Shown here in pieces: positions 19,119-27,436 of a stretch of DNA of 64,000 nt. Within the stretch, counting starts at the first letter, position 1. Each line of letters begins with the position of its first letter. The notes under the pieces are model-generated. The model ran no database searches. It saw nothing but the letters and a program-made list of their open reading frames with translations, and was not told the DNA's origin. Source of the DNA: Pseudomonadota bacterium (lineage in GTDB: Bacteria; UBA10199; 2-02-FULL-44-16; DYJF01); contig JBDRBB010000003.1 in the NCBI GenBank assembly GCA_043823065.1, positions 74,260-138,259 of the forward strand, given 5' to 3'. The position numbers and the translations under genes were made by a program.

Positions 19119-20759
19119 ATGTCCAATTATATTGATACAATTATAACCGAGCTTCGTCTGCCAGGAAGAATAAATTCTAGTGGCATCCTGGAATTTGATG
19201 AAGATTCTGTCACTGCAGATGAGCAAGCTAACTACAATGCAATTTTGCACGAAGTAGATGGCACGGTTGACTTTACTGGTGATGATGCGCCAGATGCAGC
19301 AGACGAAAGTATTCAGGCAGCAGAGCTTTGGGAAAGAATCTTAACTGATAGAGATAGATATAATGATTTGCTCGAGGGTTTAGCAACTGCAACATCCCAA
19401 CCTTTTGAAGATCCATTTTACTTATCACCTGCTATTAGACATTATATCAGGGATTTAGAAAGGCATCCCAGAAGACCAAATAGTCAAATTGAATTTGCCA
19501 GAAGAATTTTTTCTAACCTTATTCCACCTAACACAAGTTTTAGATTTAACAACAGAAGCTATCCTGCAGTTAGTCAAGGCAGAACAGGTGAACCCGGTGA
19601 TCCCATTTTAACAGGATTAAATATTCTCTTTAATGGCGAACTTATTGCGCCAATCAGGGAATACCATGGTAGCCCCCTGCCAGATGAACTAATCGCCCCA
19701 GAACATGCTCAAGAACGCGTGGCTAATTGTCTGGAGTTCAGCACATTAATTGTTGTTTTGTTTAGAGCAGCGGGTTTTGAAGCATATGTAGCGCGTGAAC
19801 AAAGCACAACCAACTTAGAAAGTCATGCCTACGTGCTAGCCAGGATCGGGGCAAGAATATATTTATTAGACGCCTATCCCCCTACCAACAACGAGACTAC
19901 TAATGTGGCTATTTTTGCTCCACAACCAGAACTTACCAGAGAGGACTTAATAAATACTGACAGAGAAACCACTTCCAGACACTATTCTAATGAAGCAGCT
20001 ACACTAGCTGAGCTAGAAAGATATGAAGAGGCACTAACAATGCTGGATATGGCCCTTGAATTAGATCCAACAAACGTCCAAGCCTTAAACAGTCAAGGAA
20101 TTATTTTTCATCGCAGAGCAAACCAAGAAGAGAACGCAGAACAAAGATATGAATACTTGGAATCTGCCTATGCTGCTTATGAGCGCGTTCATTTTTTTGA
20201 TCAGGATCATGCTACAGCCTGGACTCAAAGAGGTTTAATCAGAAGCGCTCAGGCTGAATTATCTAATAATAATAGTCAATTACTAAGAGATGCCATTACG
20301 TGCTATAACAATGCCATCCGGTTGAATTCCCAAGATGTTCAAACTACTCGATCAATCCATTATAATATGGGGAATGCCTTTATGACGCTTGGCAATATCG
20401 ATGCTGCCTTAGAGAGCTATGATCAAACCATTGAATTAGATCCAAATTATGAAACAGCTTGGCTTGCCAAAGCAGATGCCTTATTTGTTCAAGAAAATTA
20501 TCGTGCAGCGCGCCGAAATTATAGATATGTTCTTACTCTCAATAAAAATGCAGGGAACCCGATCAATGATCGTGCTAATACAAAAATTGCTGAAACAAGC
20601 TTGCGGATAATGAGACAAGAAAGAATCGAACAAGGTTTAGCAGGCATCGGCAGTGAACCAAGAGATGAATCTTATTTAAGATTCCAGGCATGTTCTTGCA
20701 GCTCACCTAGTTTTCATCCTTCTACAACTAATCTACTTGCTTTATTTTTGGCATTCTAA
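19119..20759 (+). CDS. Transglutaminase-like (Cys-His-Asp) domain plus TPR repeat protein
   Basis: ANCLEFSTLIVVLFRAAG...SHAYV...YLLD triad pattern; TPRs such as ALELDPTNVQA and HYNMGNAFMTLGNIDAALESYDQTIELDPNY; 3 Lys. Confidence 0.75.
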   Translation: MSNYIDTIITELRLPGRINSSGILEFDEDSVTADEQANYNAILHEVDGTVDFTGDDAPDAADESIQAAELWERILTDRDRYNDLLEGLATATSQPFEDPFYLSPAIRHYIRDLERHPRRPNSQIEFARRIFSNLIPPNTSFRFNNRSYPAVSQGRTGEPGDPILTGLNILFNGELIAPIREYHGSPLPDELIAPEHAQERVANCLEFSTLIVVLFRAAGFEAYVAREQSTTNLESHAYVLARIGARIYLLDAYPPTNNETTNVAIFAPQPELTREDLINTDRETTSRHYSNEAATLAELERYEEALTMLDMALELDPTNVQALNSQGIIFHRRANQEENAEQRYEYLESAYAAYERVHFFDQDHATAWTQRGLIRSAQAELSNNNSQLLRDAITCYNNAIRLNSQDVQTTRSIHYNMGNAFMTLGNIDAALESYDQTIELDPNYETAWLAKADALFVQENYRAARRNYRYVLTLNKNAGNPINDRANTKIAETSLRIMRQERIEQGLAGIGSEPRDESYLRFQACSCSSPSFHPSTTNLLALFLAF

Positions 20760-20763
20760 AACA

Positions 20764-20786
20764 AAAGCCCCTGTAACAGGGGCTTT
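20764..20786. terminator. Bidirectional intrinsic terminator between convergent genes
   Basis: AAAGCCCCTG-TAA-CAGGGGCTTT perfect hairpin. Confidence 0.8.
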
Positions 20787-20791
20787 CTTAT

Positions 20792-22423
20792 TTAATAAAT
20801 ATACGCCTTATTGTGATCTGTGCCCACAATTACAAAGTTATCGTCAATATCTACAGAGCGGCCGAAGTGGGAATTTTCAATTCTTGTTGATTCAGTTAGA
20901 GTACGTTTAATTATCCATCTTGTATCACGACGTTCGTAAATAATAGCTGCACCAGTATCAGCTGTTAATGACATTGCCATGCCTCCAACTCTAGTTATTC
21001 GAGAATCACGATTTGGCGCGCCAACAATTAAGTAGTTACCTTTAATAGCCACTGCTGATCCAAAATGAGAATTTGTAAAAACACCATATTTATCTCCATC
21101 AGCAGGAGGGTTTACGCGAATCGGATGTTCCCATGCTTCAGCATAATGAAAAATGTCAACTACTCCTCTACCACTATTAGCATTTTCTACTCCAACAACT
21201 ATATAGTCGCCGTCAATATCCACAGAAAAACCAAAGTGTTCGTTTTCTGCGCGTAAACTGGCTAATATCACTCTAGGGCTATCCCACTCCCCATCTGTAT
21301 TTTTTTCAAAAACTAAAACAGATCCAGCATCAGCAATATCTTCATCATTATATGGGGCGCCCACTACAGCCCGATTGTTTTCAATGGCCACAGAAAAACC
21401 AAATTTTGAACCATTTTCACAGCCCGAATAATGTATTCTTTCATCAAATTGCCACTCAAAAACTTTTCTACCTAAACGCATCAGTTTAGTAAGTTTATAA
21501 ATATAGGCAGCGCCTGTAGAATCATTTTCACCAGGGGCACCAACTATAATGTAAGAATTTTTTATATCAACTGCTGCGCCAAAATTGGCATCTACCCTTA
21601 CATGCGCACCTGCAGTTAACCTTTTAGTTTCTAGCCAGGTATTGTCTGCTTGTCGATTAAAAATATAAATAGCACCAGAATTATTAAGAGGTGGTGAACC
21701 ACTAATTTCAAAAGGAGCACCCACAACAACAATGCTACCATCAATAGAAACTGAAGCGCCAAAACGATCTCCTTCCTGACCATCACTGGCCATAATAACT
21801 ACTGGATTACTCAAACTGCCATTGTCCTGTCGATTAAATATATATGCAGCACCTCTTTCATCGGCACGCCCTGGATCACCCACAATTAAATAATTCTCAC
21901 TAACACCTACTGAATAACCATATTCAGCTGGTGCAGCTAAACCCGCTATTTCCAACAAACCAGCTTCGCCTCTAATAAACGAAGGTGCGGCTGCTTCACC
22001 GCCAGTTTCTCCACCCCCACCTTCATCTATAGTGCAGTCTGCTGGGCAGTTACAAATATTCTCACCTAAGCCGCACTCACCATTGCCGCATTGGGTGCAA
22101 TAAAAAGCGCCAACACAAGGTGATTCTGGGCAAACACCTGTTTCATCTGGCTGATCACAACCAATTCGCACCAAACCTTCACAACAATCAGGGGTGTCTG
22201 GATAGACAGCTCCAGATTCTCCTTCAGCAATACATTCTCCAACCACTTCTGTTCCACCTGAAGTTCCATGCATTTCATCAGGCAAACCACCTGTTCCTAA
22301 ATCTACCTGGTCATTAACCAGTGGCGCTTTACTATCTTCCGTACATCCAGTAAACCCGCCATAAAATGCCAGCGTACTAATAAAGATGGCGATTAGAACC
22401 AACAAAATTCTATTTTTCTTCAT
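20792..22423 (-). CDS. Lipoprotein with Cys-rich segment and FG-GAP (integrin-like beta-propeller) repeats
   Basis: MKKNR..FTG-C lipobox with GGAGG SD; CGNGECGLGENICNCPADC; about 7 repeats of FGxSVxIxGxxxVVGAP. Confidence 0.85.
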   Translation of the reverse strand: MKKNRILLVLIAIFISTLAFYGGFTGCTEDSKAPLVNDQVDLGTGGLPDEMHGTSGGTEVVGECIAEGESGAVYPDTPDCCEGLVRIGCDQPDETGVCPESPCVGAFYCTQCGNGECGLGENICNCPADCTIDEGGGGETGGEAAAPSFIRGEAGLLEIAGLAAPAEYGYSVGVSENYLIVGDPGRADERGAAYIFNRQDNGSLSNPVVIMASDGQEGDRFGASVSIDGSIVVVGAPFEISGSPPLNNSGAIYIFNRQADNTWLETKRLTAGAHVRVDANFGAAVDIKNSYIIVGAPGENDSTGAAYIYKLTKLMRLGRKVFEWQFDERIHYSGCENGSKFGFSVAIENNRAVVGAPYNDEDIADAGSVLVFEKNTDGEWDSPRVILASLRAENEHFGFSVDIDGDYIVVGVENANSGRGVVDIFHYAEAWEHPIRVNPPADGDKYGVFTNSHFGSAVAIKGNYLIVGAPNRDSRITRVGGMAMSLTADTGAAIIYERRDTRWIIKRTLTESTRIENSHFGRSVDIDDNFVIVGTDHNKAYIY

Positions 22424-22467
22424 ACAAACCTCCAAATGTAGGTTTTTCTTACCACCCTCTATTTATA

Positions 22468-22482
22468 GCAAAATCCGCGCCA
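22468..22482 (-). promoter_or_regulatory. Putative sigma54 (-24/-12) promoter of the FG-GAP gene
   Basis: TGGCGCG-GATT-TTGC matches TGGCACG-N4-TTGC with exact spacing, 45 nt upstream of ATG. Confidence 0.65.
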
Positions 22483-22572
22483 ACTGCAATTACTTATAAA
22501 AGACCATGGACTATTGACCATGAGAAAATCAGACGGAGAAAAAATATGTGATGTCATCCTGGGCCAAAGGCT

Positions 22573-22642
22573 TGTCATCCCCACGAAAGTGGGGATCCAG
22601 TCCGTTATAACAGACTAGATTCCCGCTTTCGCGGGAATGACA
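22573..22642. repeat. REP-like palindromic element, family A (GTCAT...ATGAC)
   Basis: TGTCATCCCCACGAAAGTGGGGATCCAG...CTAGATTCCCGCTTTCGCGGGAATGACA; flanked by 17-bp imperfect inverted repeat at 22529-22545 / 22661-22678. Confidence 0.85.
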
Positions 22643-22765
22643 AAACAAATACGTCTGACGATTTTTTGCTCCGTCTGACAATTTCCGTCTAAATTTCGCC
22701 TGTACGTTAACCAACTAAAGACATGCAAGCGTGATTATTGGCAAAACTCTTATCATTATGATAAT

Positions 22766-22894
22766 TGCAGTGTTGGAGCAGTAGCGTAGGGCGGCTTTTT
22801 TCACTTTCCCGACCTTATGAAAAGCATGAATACGTCGGAATGGCGGAAGGGAAATGAAAAAAGTCGGCCGAGAGCTACTGCTAAATCACATTGT
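22766..22894. other. About 130-nt imperfect long hairpin upstream of mazG (ncRNA or MITE candidate)
   Basis: Arms AGCAGTAGC/GCTACTGCT, GGCTTTTTTCA/TGAAAAAAGTC, TTTCCC/GGGAAA; inner CCGAC/GTCGG. Confidence 0.5.
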
Positions 22895-22934
22895 GTGATT
22901 GACATATAAGTTTTGCTCCCTTATCACCGCTTTC

Positions 22935-23777
22935 ATGTCAAACTCAGCAAAATCATTTGAAAAACTTGTGGAAATTATGGCTAGGCTACGCGCCCCAGAT
23001 GGCTGCCCTTGGGACCGGGAACAAACCTACAAAGACATTGCCACGCACACTCTGGAAGAAACTTATGAAGTAATTGATGCCATTGATCGCGGCGATTTTA
23101 AGGATTTAAAAGAAGAATTGGGCGATCTACTTTTGCAAGTTGTATTTTACGCGCAAATTGCCAAAGAGGAAGATCGCTTCAATATTGAAGATGTTATTGA
23201 AGGCATTTCCAAAAAATTAATTCACCGCCATCCTCATGTGTTTGGCGATGTTAAAGCTAACAATAGCAGCGAAGTTTTAGGACGCTGGGAAAAACTAAAA
23301 ATGCAGGAAGGCAAAAAATCTGTATTAGGCGGAGTGCCGCAAACCTTGCCTGCCCTGCTAAAAGCCTATCGTATCGGTGAAAAAGCTTCGCGAGTTGGTT
23401 TTGATTGGGAAGATGCTGAAGGCATTTTAAGCAAAGTGGAAGAAGAGGCGCGGGAATTGCATGAGGCACGCAAGGAACAAAAATTATCACCCCCACCCCG
23501 CCTCCCCCATCAAGGGGGAGGTGAGGAGGAAGCCCCGCAACAAACCGCGGCGCATGATCAGGTTGAGCATGAATATGGTGACTTACTTTTTACCTTAGCC
23601 AATATTGGCCGTTTCTTAAAAATCGACCCAGAATCAGCCTTGCGCAAAGCCACCGAACGCTTTATCTCCAGATTTCAAAACATGGAAAAACAAATCGCAG
23701 AGCAGCAAAAAGAAATGCAAAGTTTAACACCTGAGGAATGGGACAACCTGTGGGAAAAAGCCAAACAAGACCATTGA
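22935..23777 (+). CDS. mazG: Nucleoside triphosphate pyrophosphohydrolase MazG
   Basis: LRAPDGCPWDREQT, EETYE, EELGDLLLQV, KLIHRHPHVF, GFDW, EYGDLLF. Confidence 0.95.
   Translation: MSNSAKSFEKLVEIMARLRAPDGCPWDREQTYKDIATHTLEETYEVIDAIDRGDFKDLKEELGDLLLQVVFYAQIAKEEDRFNIEDVIEGISKKLIHRHPHVFGDVKANNSSEVLGRWEKLKMQEGKKSVLGGVPQTLPALLKAYRIGEKASRVGFDWEDAEGILSKVEEEARELHEARKEQKLSPPPRLPHQGGGEEEAPQQTAAHDQVEHEYGDLLFTLANIGRFLKIDPESALRKATERFISRFQNMEKQIAEQQKEMQSLTPEEWDNLWEKAKQDH
23487..23521. repeat. REP-like element, family B, in frame inside mazG
   Basis: TCACCCCCACCCCGCCTCCCCCATCAAGGGGGAGG is the reverse complement of the unit at 58231-58268; reads SPPPRLPHQGG. Confidence 0.8.
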
Positions 23778-25340
23778 CTATTGTTTACCTCTTTTAACCA
23801 TACGCTTAATGGCCTGATATTCCTCAAACGAGATAAATCTAATAATCGCAATATAAAGCATAATTGAAATCATAATCAGTAAAGTCAGGCTCAACACCTG
23901 ACTGGCCAATTGTTTGCTCGTAAATAGATTTCCAAACTTGATAGCACTAATAATAAAACCACCCATTAGAGAAGAAGCCAAAATAGAGCGCCCTACAGAA
24001 GCGATAATCTTCCTAGCGCCTAAACGACCAATTTTCCTTCTTAAGAAAATAATCAATAAAGCAAAATTAATTGAACTGGCAAGTGCCATGGCTAAGGCCA
24101 AGCCTCGATACAACATAGTTTGCATAAGGAGCAAAGCCATTACTGCGTTAACCACCAAGGCCACGGTAGCAATAATGACCGGCGTTTTAGGCGAGCGCAA
24201 AGCAAAAAAAGCTGGCACTAAATTGCGCACTCCTGAAACAAAAGGAATACCCAGGGCAAACATCTTTAGGGTTCCTGCTGTGGCTAGTGTTGCCTGAACA
24301 TCAAACACTCCTCTTTGAAAAAGCACGCGCACGATAGGTTCTGCCAAAATAAACAAACCAATAGCTGCTGGAATATCGATAAGAAAGACCAGGCGCAAAG
24401 CAAAATTAGTGGTATCCCTAAATGCCTTAACATCTTTGGCCACAGCATGATCGGAAAGAGTTGGCAAAGTTGCGGTTGCCACAGCAATAGCAAAAATACC
24501 CAAAGGAAATTCTGATATCCTATCTGCATACCAAAGATAGGACACGCTGCCATGCGCCAAAAACGAAGCCAAGAACGTTATAACCAAAACATTTACCTGA
24601 TAAACTGCCGCGCCATAGGCTGAAGGGATCATCATTAGAAGCAATTTTTTTAAGGCAGGATGTTTGGGTTGAAATTTAAAATGCGGCAACATCCCTTCTT
24701 TAATCAAAAAAGGAATTTGCAAACTAAGCTGCAAAACCCCGCCAATCAATACTCCAATGGCCACAGCTGTGGTTGGCTCCACAAAATAGTTTTTCAAAAA
24801 AAGAGCGCCAAAGATTATGGCAATATTTAATAAAATGGGCGCGGCCGCAGGCGCGGCAAATCTTTTCAAGGAATTAAGAATGCCCATGGCCAAAGCCACC
24901 AAGCTGATCAGAAAAATATAGGGAAACATGATGCGGGTTAAAATTACAGTCAGCTGATATTTCTCTGGCGTGTCTTCAAACCCTAAAGCCACAAGTTTGA
25001 CAATCCACGGCGCAAACAGAACACCTAAAAGCACGATGCCCACCAACACCATGGATAAAAAAGTAAATACCACACAAGCCACGTCATAGGCGTTCTTGCG
25101 CGACTTGTGTAAATATTCAGTGTAGATAGGAACAAAGGCAATGGTTAAAGAACCTTCAGCAACCAAACGTCTGAGCAGATTAGGAATGCGAAAAGCCACA
25201 TAAAAAGCATCGGCAAACATAGTTGCACCAAAGGCATAGGCCAAGGCCATGTCGCGGCCTAAACCTAAAATGCGACTGATTAAGGTAAAGAAACCAATTA
25301 CGCCAACGCGTTTGCTTATCTTAGAATGTTCTAAACTCAA
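23778..25340 (-). CDS. murJ: Lipid II flippase MurJ
   Basis: SRILGLGRD, DAFYVAFRIPNLLRRLVAEG, YADRISEFPLGIF; start proposed at TTG 25340 behind GGAGGAG. Confidence 0.93.
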   Translation of the reverse strand: MSLEHSKISKRVGVIGFFTLISRILGLGRDMALAYAFGATMFADAFYVAFRIPNLLRRLVAEGSLTIAFVPIYTEYLHKSRKNAYDVACVVFTFLSMVLVGIVLLGVLFAPWIVKLVALGFEDTPEKYQLTVILTRIMFPYIFLISLVALAMGILNSLKRFAAPAAAPILLNIAIIFGALFLKNYFVEPTTAVAIGVLIGGVLQLSLQIPFLIKEGMLPHFKFQPKHPALKKLLLMMIPSAYGAAVYQVNVLVITFLASFLAHGSVSYLWYADRISEFPLGIFAIAVATATLPTLSDHAVAKDVKAFRDTTNFALRLVFLIDIPAAIGLFILAEPIVRVLFQRGVFDVQATLATAGTLKMFALGIPFVSGVRNLVPAFFALRSPKTPVIIATVALVVNAVMALLLMQTMLYRGLALAMALASSINFALLIIFLRRKIGRLGARKIIASVGRSILASSLMGGFIISAIKFGNLFTSKQLASQVLSLTLLIMISIMLYIAIIRFISFEEYQAIKRMVKRGKQ

Positions 25341-25347
25341 ACCTACT

Positions 25348-25422
25348 CCTCCCCCTTGAGGGGGGAGGACCAAGGTGGGGGTGATCACCCTCCCCTTAAT
25401 CCCCTCCCCTCAAGGGAGGGGA
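25348..25422. repeat. REP-like doublet, family B, filling the tldD-murJ intergenic space
   Basis: CCTCCCCCTTGAGGGGGGAGG...GGTGGGGGTGA|TCACCCTCCCCTTAATCCCCTCCCCTCAAGGGAGGGGA; near-identical to 58231-58315. Confidence 0.85.
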
Positions 25423-25424
25423 AA

Positions 25425-26801
25425 TTACTTCCCCCCCACGACTATCTCTGGTATGCGAATAGTAGGCTGCGCACTTTCTACTGGAACCTCTTGGCTATTT
25501 TTACCACAAGTACCAATGGAAAAACCAAGATCATTACCAACGCGATCTATGTTTTCCAAAATTTTTGGTCCATTGCCGATCAAGCTAGCGCCGCGCACTA
25601 GCTGGCCAATTTTCCCATTTTCAATTTCATAACCCTCTTGCACTTCAAAAGTAAAATCACCATTCACCGTATTAACTTGGCCGCCACCCATTCTAGTTAC
25701 AAATAACCCTGTTTTAGTTTCTTGCAAGATTTTTTCAGGATCATCCTGGCCAGGTGCAATAATAGTATTGGTCATGCGTACCATCGGCACATGTGCATAT
25801 GATTGCCGCCGCCCGTTACCAGTGGATATAGCATTGCTTTTTAAGGCAGTGACTCGATCTGCCAAATATCCTTTTAATACACCTTTTTCAATTAAACAGG
25901 TTTTTTGCGAAGGAGTTCCTTCATCATCAAACACAAAGGAACCTCGATGGCCAACCAAAGTGGCATCATCATAAACAGTGATTAAAGAACTAGCCACCTT
26001 TTCCCCAATACGACCATTATATACTGACAAACCCTGCACCGCCAAATCCCCCTCTAGCCCATGCCCAACTGCTTCATGAATCATCGTGCCGCCAGCAGTA
26101 GAAGATAGAACAACCGTCATTGGTCCGGCCTTGGCTGGCTTAGCATCTAACATTTGAATAGCTCGTTTGCTGGCTAAAGCAGCTATTTTTTCCGGTTGCT
26201 TGGTTTCAAAAATTTCAAAACCCTTGCCGCCACCAACCGGCTCATAACCAGTTTGCAAAACATCACCCTTGCTGGCAACTGCTTGCACATAAAACACGGT
26301 TTCAACTTGCTCATCTTTAGCAATGAACCCATCTGAATTTATAATTTCTATTTGTCTAACTTTATCTTTATACAAAACTCTAACTTGACAGATAGCGCTA
26401 CCAGCCCCCCAAGCCACATCTGCTGCTCTTAACACAGTTTCAATTTTTTGTTGCATACTCACTTTAGTTGGATGCAAAGCAATGGGAATGGTTAGACGCG
26501 GGTTTGTTTCCTTAAAATTAATTGAAGCTGGATGAGTAAAATTTTTTTTAGCAGCTTTGGCCACAGTTTCAGCCAATTCACTTAAACGCGAAAAGTCGTT
26601 GGTTGAGCCATACGCGGTTTTAGTACCCTGCAACACCCTGATACCAACTCCCGCATCAGTGCTGGAAAAAATATTTTCCAGGCGTTTATCATCATTAACA
26701 ATAGAGTTGGTTATTGATTGTTCAATAAATATTTCGGCAAAAGTGGCGCCATAAGACAGGGCTTTGGCTATTATCTTTTCCGCAGGAATTTTAGTTAGCA
26801 T
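25425..26801 (-). CDS. tldD: TldD metalloprotease subunit
   Basis: HEAVGHGLEGD (HExxGH), STGNGRRQSY, PMVRMTNT, CGKNSQEVPV. Confidence 0.92.
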   Translation of the reverse strand: MLTKIPAEKIIAKALSYGATFAEIFIEQSITNSIVNDDKRLENIFSSTDAGVGIRVLQGTKTAYGSTNDFSRLSELAETVAKAAKKNFTHPASINFKETNPRLTIPIALHPTKVSMQQKIETVLRAADVAWGAGSAICQVRVLYKDKVRQIEIINSDGFIAKDEQVETVFYVQAVASKGDVLQTGYEPVGGGKGFEIFETKQPEKIAALASKRAIQMLDAKPAKAGPMTVVLSSTAGGTMIHEAVGHGLEGDLAVQGLSVYNGRIGEKVASSLITVYDDATLVGHRGSFVFDDEGTPSQKTCLIEKGVLKGYLADRVTALKSNAISTGNGRRQSYAHVPMVRMTNTIIAPGQDDPEKILQETKTGLFVTRMGGGQVNTVNGDFTFEVQEGYEIENGKIGQLVRGASLIGNGPKILENIDRVGNDLGFSIGTCGKNSQEVPVESAQPTIRIPEIVVGGK

Positions 26802-26813
26802 TTCTCTCCTGTG

Positions 26814-27341
26814 CTATTGTTTAGATAAGAGCCGGTTTTGTTCCTGATAATAATTTCTGGCAGCTTCATTATCCAGGTCATCTACCCTGATCTCTTTTTT
26901 AGCAGGCACTTGATAAACAGTTCCAACCTTGGAGGAGTTAGGTAATTGTTTATTGGTTTCTTGCAAATATTGCAACCGAGCTTGCTCGCTATCCAATTCT
27001 TCTACAGTTGGTTCTTTTTCTATTTTTTTTCCTACATATTTTTTTCTTGGCACATATTTTTTGCTGATTTTCTTTTTTTCCACTTTCTTTTTAGCAACAA
27101 TTGCCGGCTTGCTGGGTACTGGCTGGGCCTTAACCACCTCCACCACTTCTGGTTGAACCAAATCCACAGTTGCTTGCGTGATCTCTTCTTCTTGTCGTTG
27201 TTGTTGCGCTGGGTTAGAGAATTCAGGTTTTTTTAAAACCTGATGCAGAACAATTACCACTGCCAAAAAAATTGCCAGGGCAAATAAATTAAAAAAAACA
27301 GATGATGGAAATTTTAAAAAACCTTCTTTTCGGTTAATCAT
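26814..27341 (-). CDS. Hypothetical protein, single N-terminal TM plus Lys-rich charged region
   Basis: 175-aa ORF with GGAGG SD, directly upstream of tldD. Confidence 0.65.
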   Translation of the reverse strand: MINRKEGFLKFPSSVFFNLFALAIFLAVVIVLHQVLKKPEFSNPAQQQRQEEEITQATVDLVQPEVVEVVKAQPVPSKPAIVAKKKVEKKKISKKYVPRKKYVGKKIEKEPTVEELDSEQARLQYLQETNKQLPNSSKVGTVYQVPAKKEIRVDDLDNEAARNYYQEQNRLLSKQ

Positions 27342-27436
27342 AACCCCTCCAAGCTTAAAAAACTACATATCATGAGGATTTGACATTGTCAAAACAGCTA
27401 ATTAAGTTTATGTTGCAAAAATATTCGGAGGTTTTT

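Noticed and set aside
22750-22764. Fur/PerR box
   Set aside because: 7-1-7 symmetry is present but only partly matches the consensus, and the flanking genes have no metal or peroxide link.
22766-22894. 6S RNA or SRP RNA call
   Set aside because: Shorter than typical 6S RNA, no clear large central bubble, no SRP helix-8 motif; kept only as an unassigned hairpin.
25425-26801. tldD without pmbA/tldE as a novel RiPP system
   Set aside because: No precursor or YcaO gene is adjacent, and the partner is often encoded elsewhere.
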